From NCBI GenBank assembly GCA_965203805.1, contig OZ241917.1:640001-704000 (forward strand): a stretch of 64,000 bases of DNA, read 5' to 3'. Position numbers and translations under genes: made by a program. Shown piece by piece: positions 63,159 through 64,000 of this stretch. Origin of the DNA: Candidatus Latescibacterota bacterium (GTDB lineage Bacteria > Latescibacterota > UBA2968 > GCA-2709665). The notes beneath the pieces were generated by a model, which made no database searches, was not told where the DNA came from, and saw only the letters and a list, made by a program, of their open reading frames with translations. Positions within the stretch are counted from its first letter, which is position 1. Every line of letters begins with the position of its first letter.

Positions 63159-64000
63159 CTAAAGATAATGCGATAGACGTACGTAAAGATATCTGCCCAT
63201 GAAGTCGTAGGTGCTGGAATCCGATGTGCCAAGGAAACCGTTGAATATTACCGCCGGCCGCTGATCGAAGATATTGTTGATGCCGACCGTTAAAACGGAT
63301 GCGCCCATCCGGGTCCCGAGTCTGTAGGTTCCGTACAGGCCGAAGGTGCTATTCGCGCTGACGTCGCGACTTACAGGCGTTTCCGACACGTCCTCGCGAT
63401 ACAGGCCCTTGCAGTCGTCGTCCTCGCACTCCAGGAACCCACCGACGTACTTCCAGTTCAGGCCGACAGAGACGCGCGGCTGACTCAGACCCGACGTAAG
63501 CGCATGCCGCCACCTGGGAAATACACCCAGATCGTAATAACCCCTTCCCTTCACCAGTTCCAGGCCGTCTGGCGCAGGCACAAGCTGTTCGTATTTGAAA
63601 AGCAGATTGCTCTCCGTGCGGGTCGTTAGAATTCCCAGCGGCGTGTCGACCGTGTAATCCAGTTCGACGTCCAGTCCGCTGGTCTCGGTTTCGCCTACGT
63701 TGGCGCCCTGGGAAAAGATGGTCGTAATCAGCTTCGTATTCGGGTCCCGTACGATCTGATCGCAGTAGGACGGCGTTTCCTGCGAATAGCAGTTGCTCAG
63801 AATAAGCCCTGCGGGAAGCGCCCCGATCACATCCTCTATCTTATTCGTATAGTAGCTGATAGCAATATCCAGGTTTTCGGCGTATTCAGGTTGGTAAACC
63901 AGCCCGGCCGTTATCATGGCAGCGGTTTCCGGATCCAGGTCGGTTGACCCGCCGACTTTTGCCCGCAACTGCGCGCGTGAGTCCTCAAAGTCGGGCGGGA
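63159..64000 (-). CDS. TonB-dependent receptor, C-terminal part (truncated by window edge)
   Basis: DLDPETA, ETSGLD, GINNIFDQRP, YDFMGRYLYVRL. Confidence 0.85.
   Translation of the reverse strand, partial: PPDFEDSRAQLRAKVGGSTDLDPETAAMITAGLVYQPEYAENLDIAISYYTNKIEDVIGALPAGLILSNCYSQETPSYCDQIVRDPNTKLITTIFSQGANVGETETSGLDVELDYTVDTPLGILTTRTESNLLFKYEQLVPAPDGLELVKGRGYYDLGVFPRWRHALTSGLSQPRVSVGLNWKYVGGFLECEDDDCKGLYREDVSETPVSRDVSANSTFGLYGTYRLGTRMGASVLTVGINNIFDQRPAVIFNGFLGTSDSSTYDFMGRYLYVRLSHYL

Overview
GC-rich bacterial chromosome segment. A SprA-like T9SS translocon and dockerin/EF-hand-tagged lyases suggest an FCB-group lineage such as Latescibacterota (inference). Positions 1-43.8 kb are mostly housekeeping and cell envelope: a nuoD-H-I-J-K-L-M-N operon with no nuoEFG, lexA with its own SOS box, dprA, obgE, coaD, comEA, sprA, lptFG, nth, tRNA-Arg and tRNA-His, a tetraheme cytochrome, nrdJ/nrdR and two tandem heparinase II/III-like genes. 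Positions 43.9-61.6 kb form a minus-strand defence island: a type I RM system split by about 9.4 kb of cargo (TIR-TIR-SLOG-TIR cassette, a 1128-aa nuclease-like/helical protein, a decayed MNT-HEPN pair hit by an ORF-less group II intron, and a RelE-type TA pair), followed by YgjP-like and RelA/SpoT-domain genes. Most notable observations: (1) a candidate selenoprotein outer-membrane barrel, with an in-frame UGA just after the signal peptide and a hairpin exactly 11 nt downstream; (2) tiny CCTGCCTG...CAGGCAGG palindromic inserts, all 3n long and without target duplication, nested three deep in a MITE and inserted three times into the intron; (3) a Thoeris-like TIR/SLOG cassette with no recognisable canonical effector. 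All calls come from reading the sequence by eye; no database searches were run.
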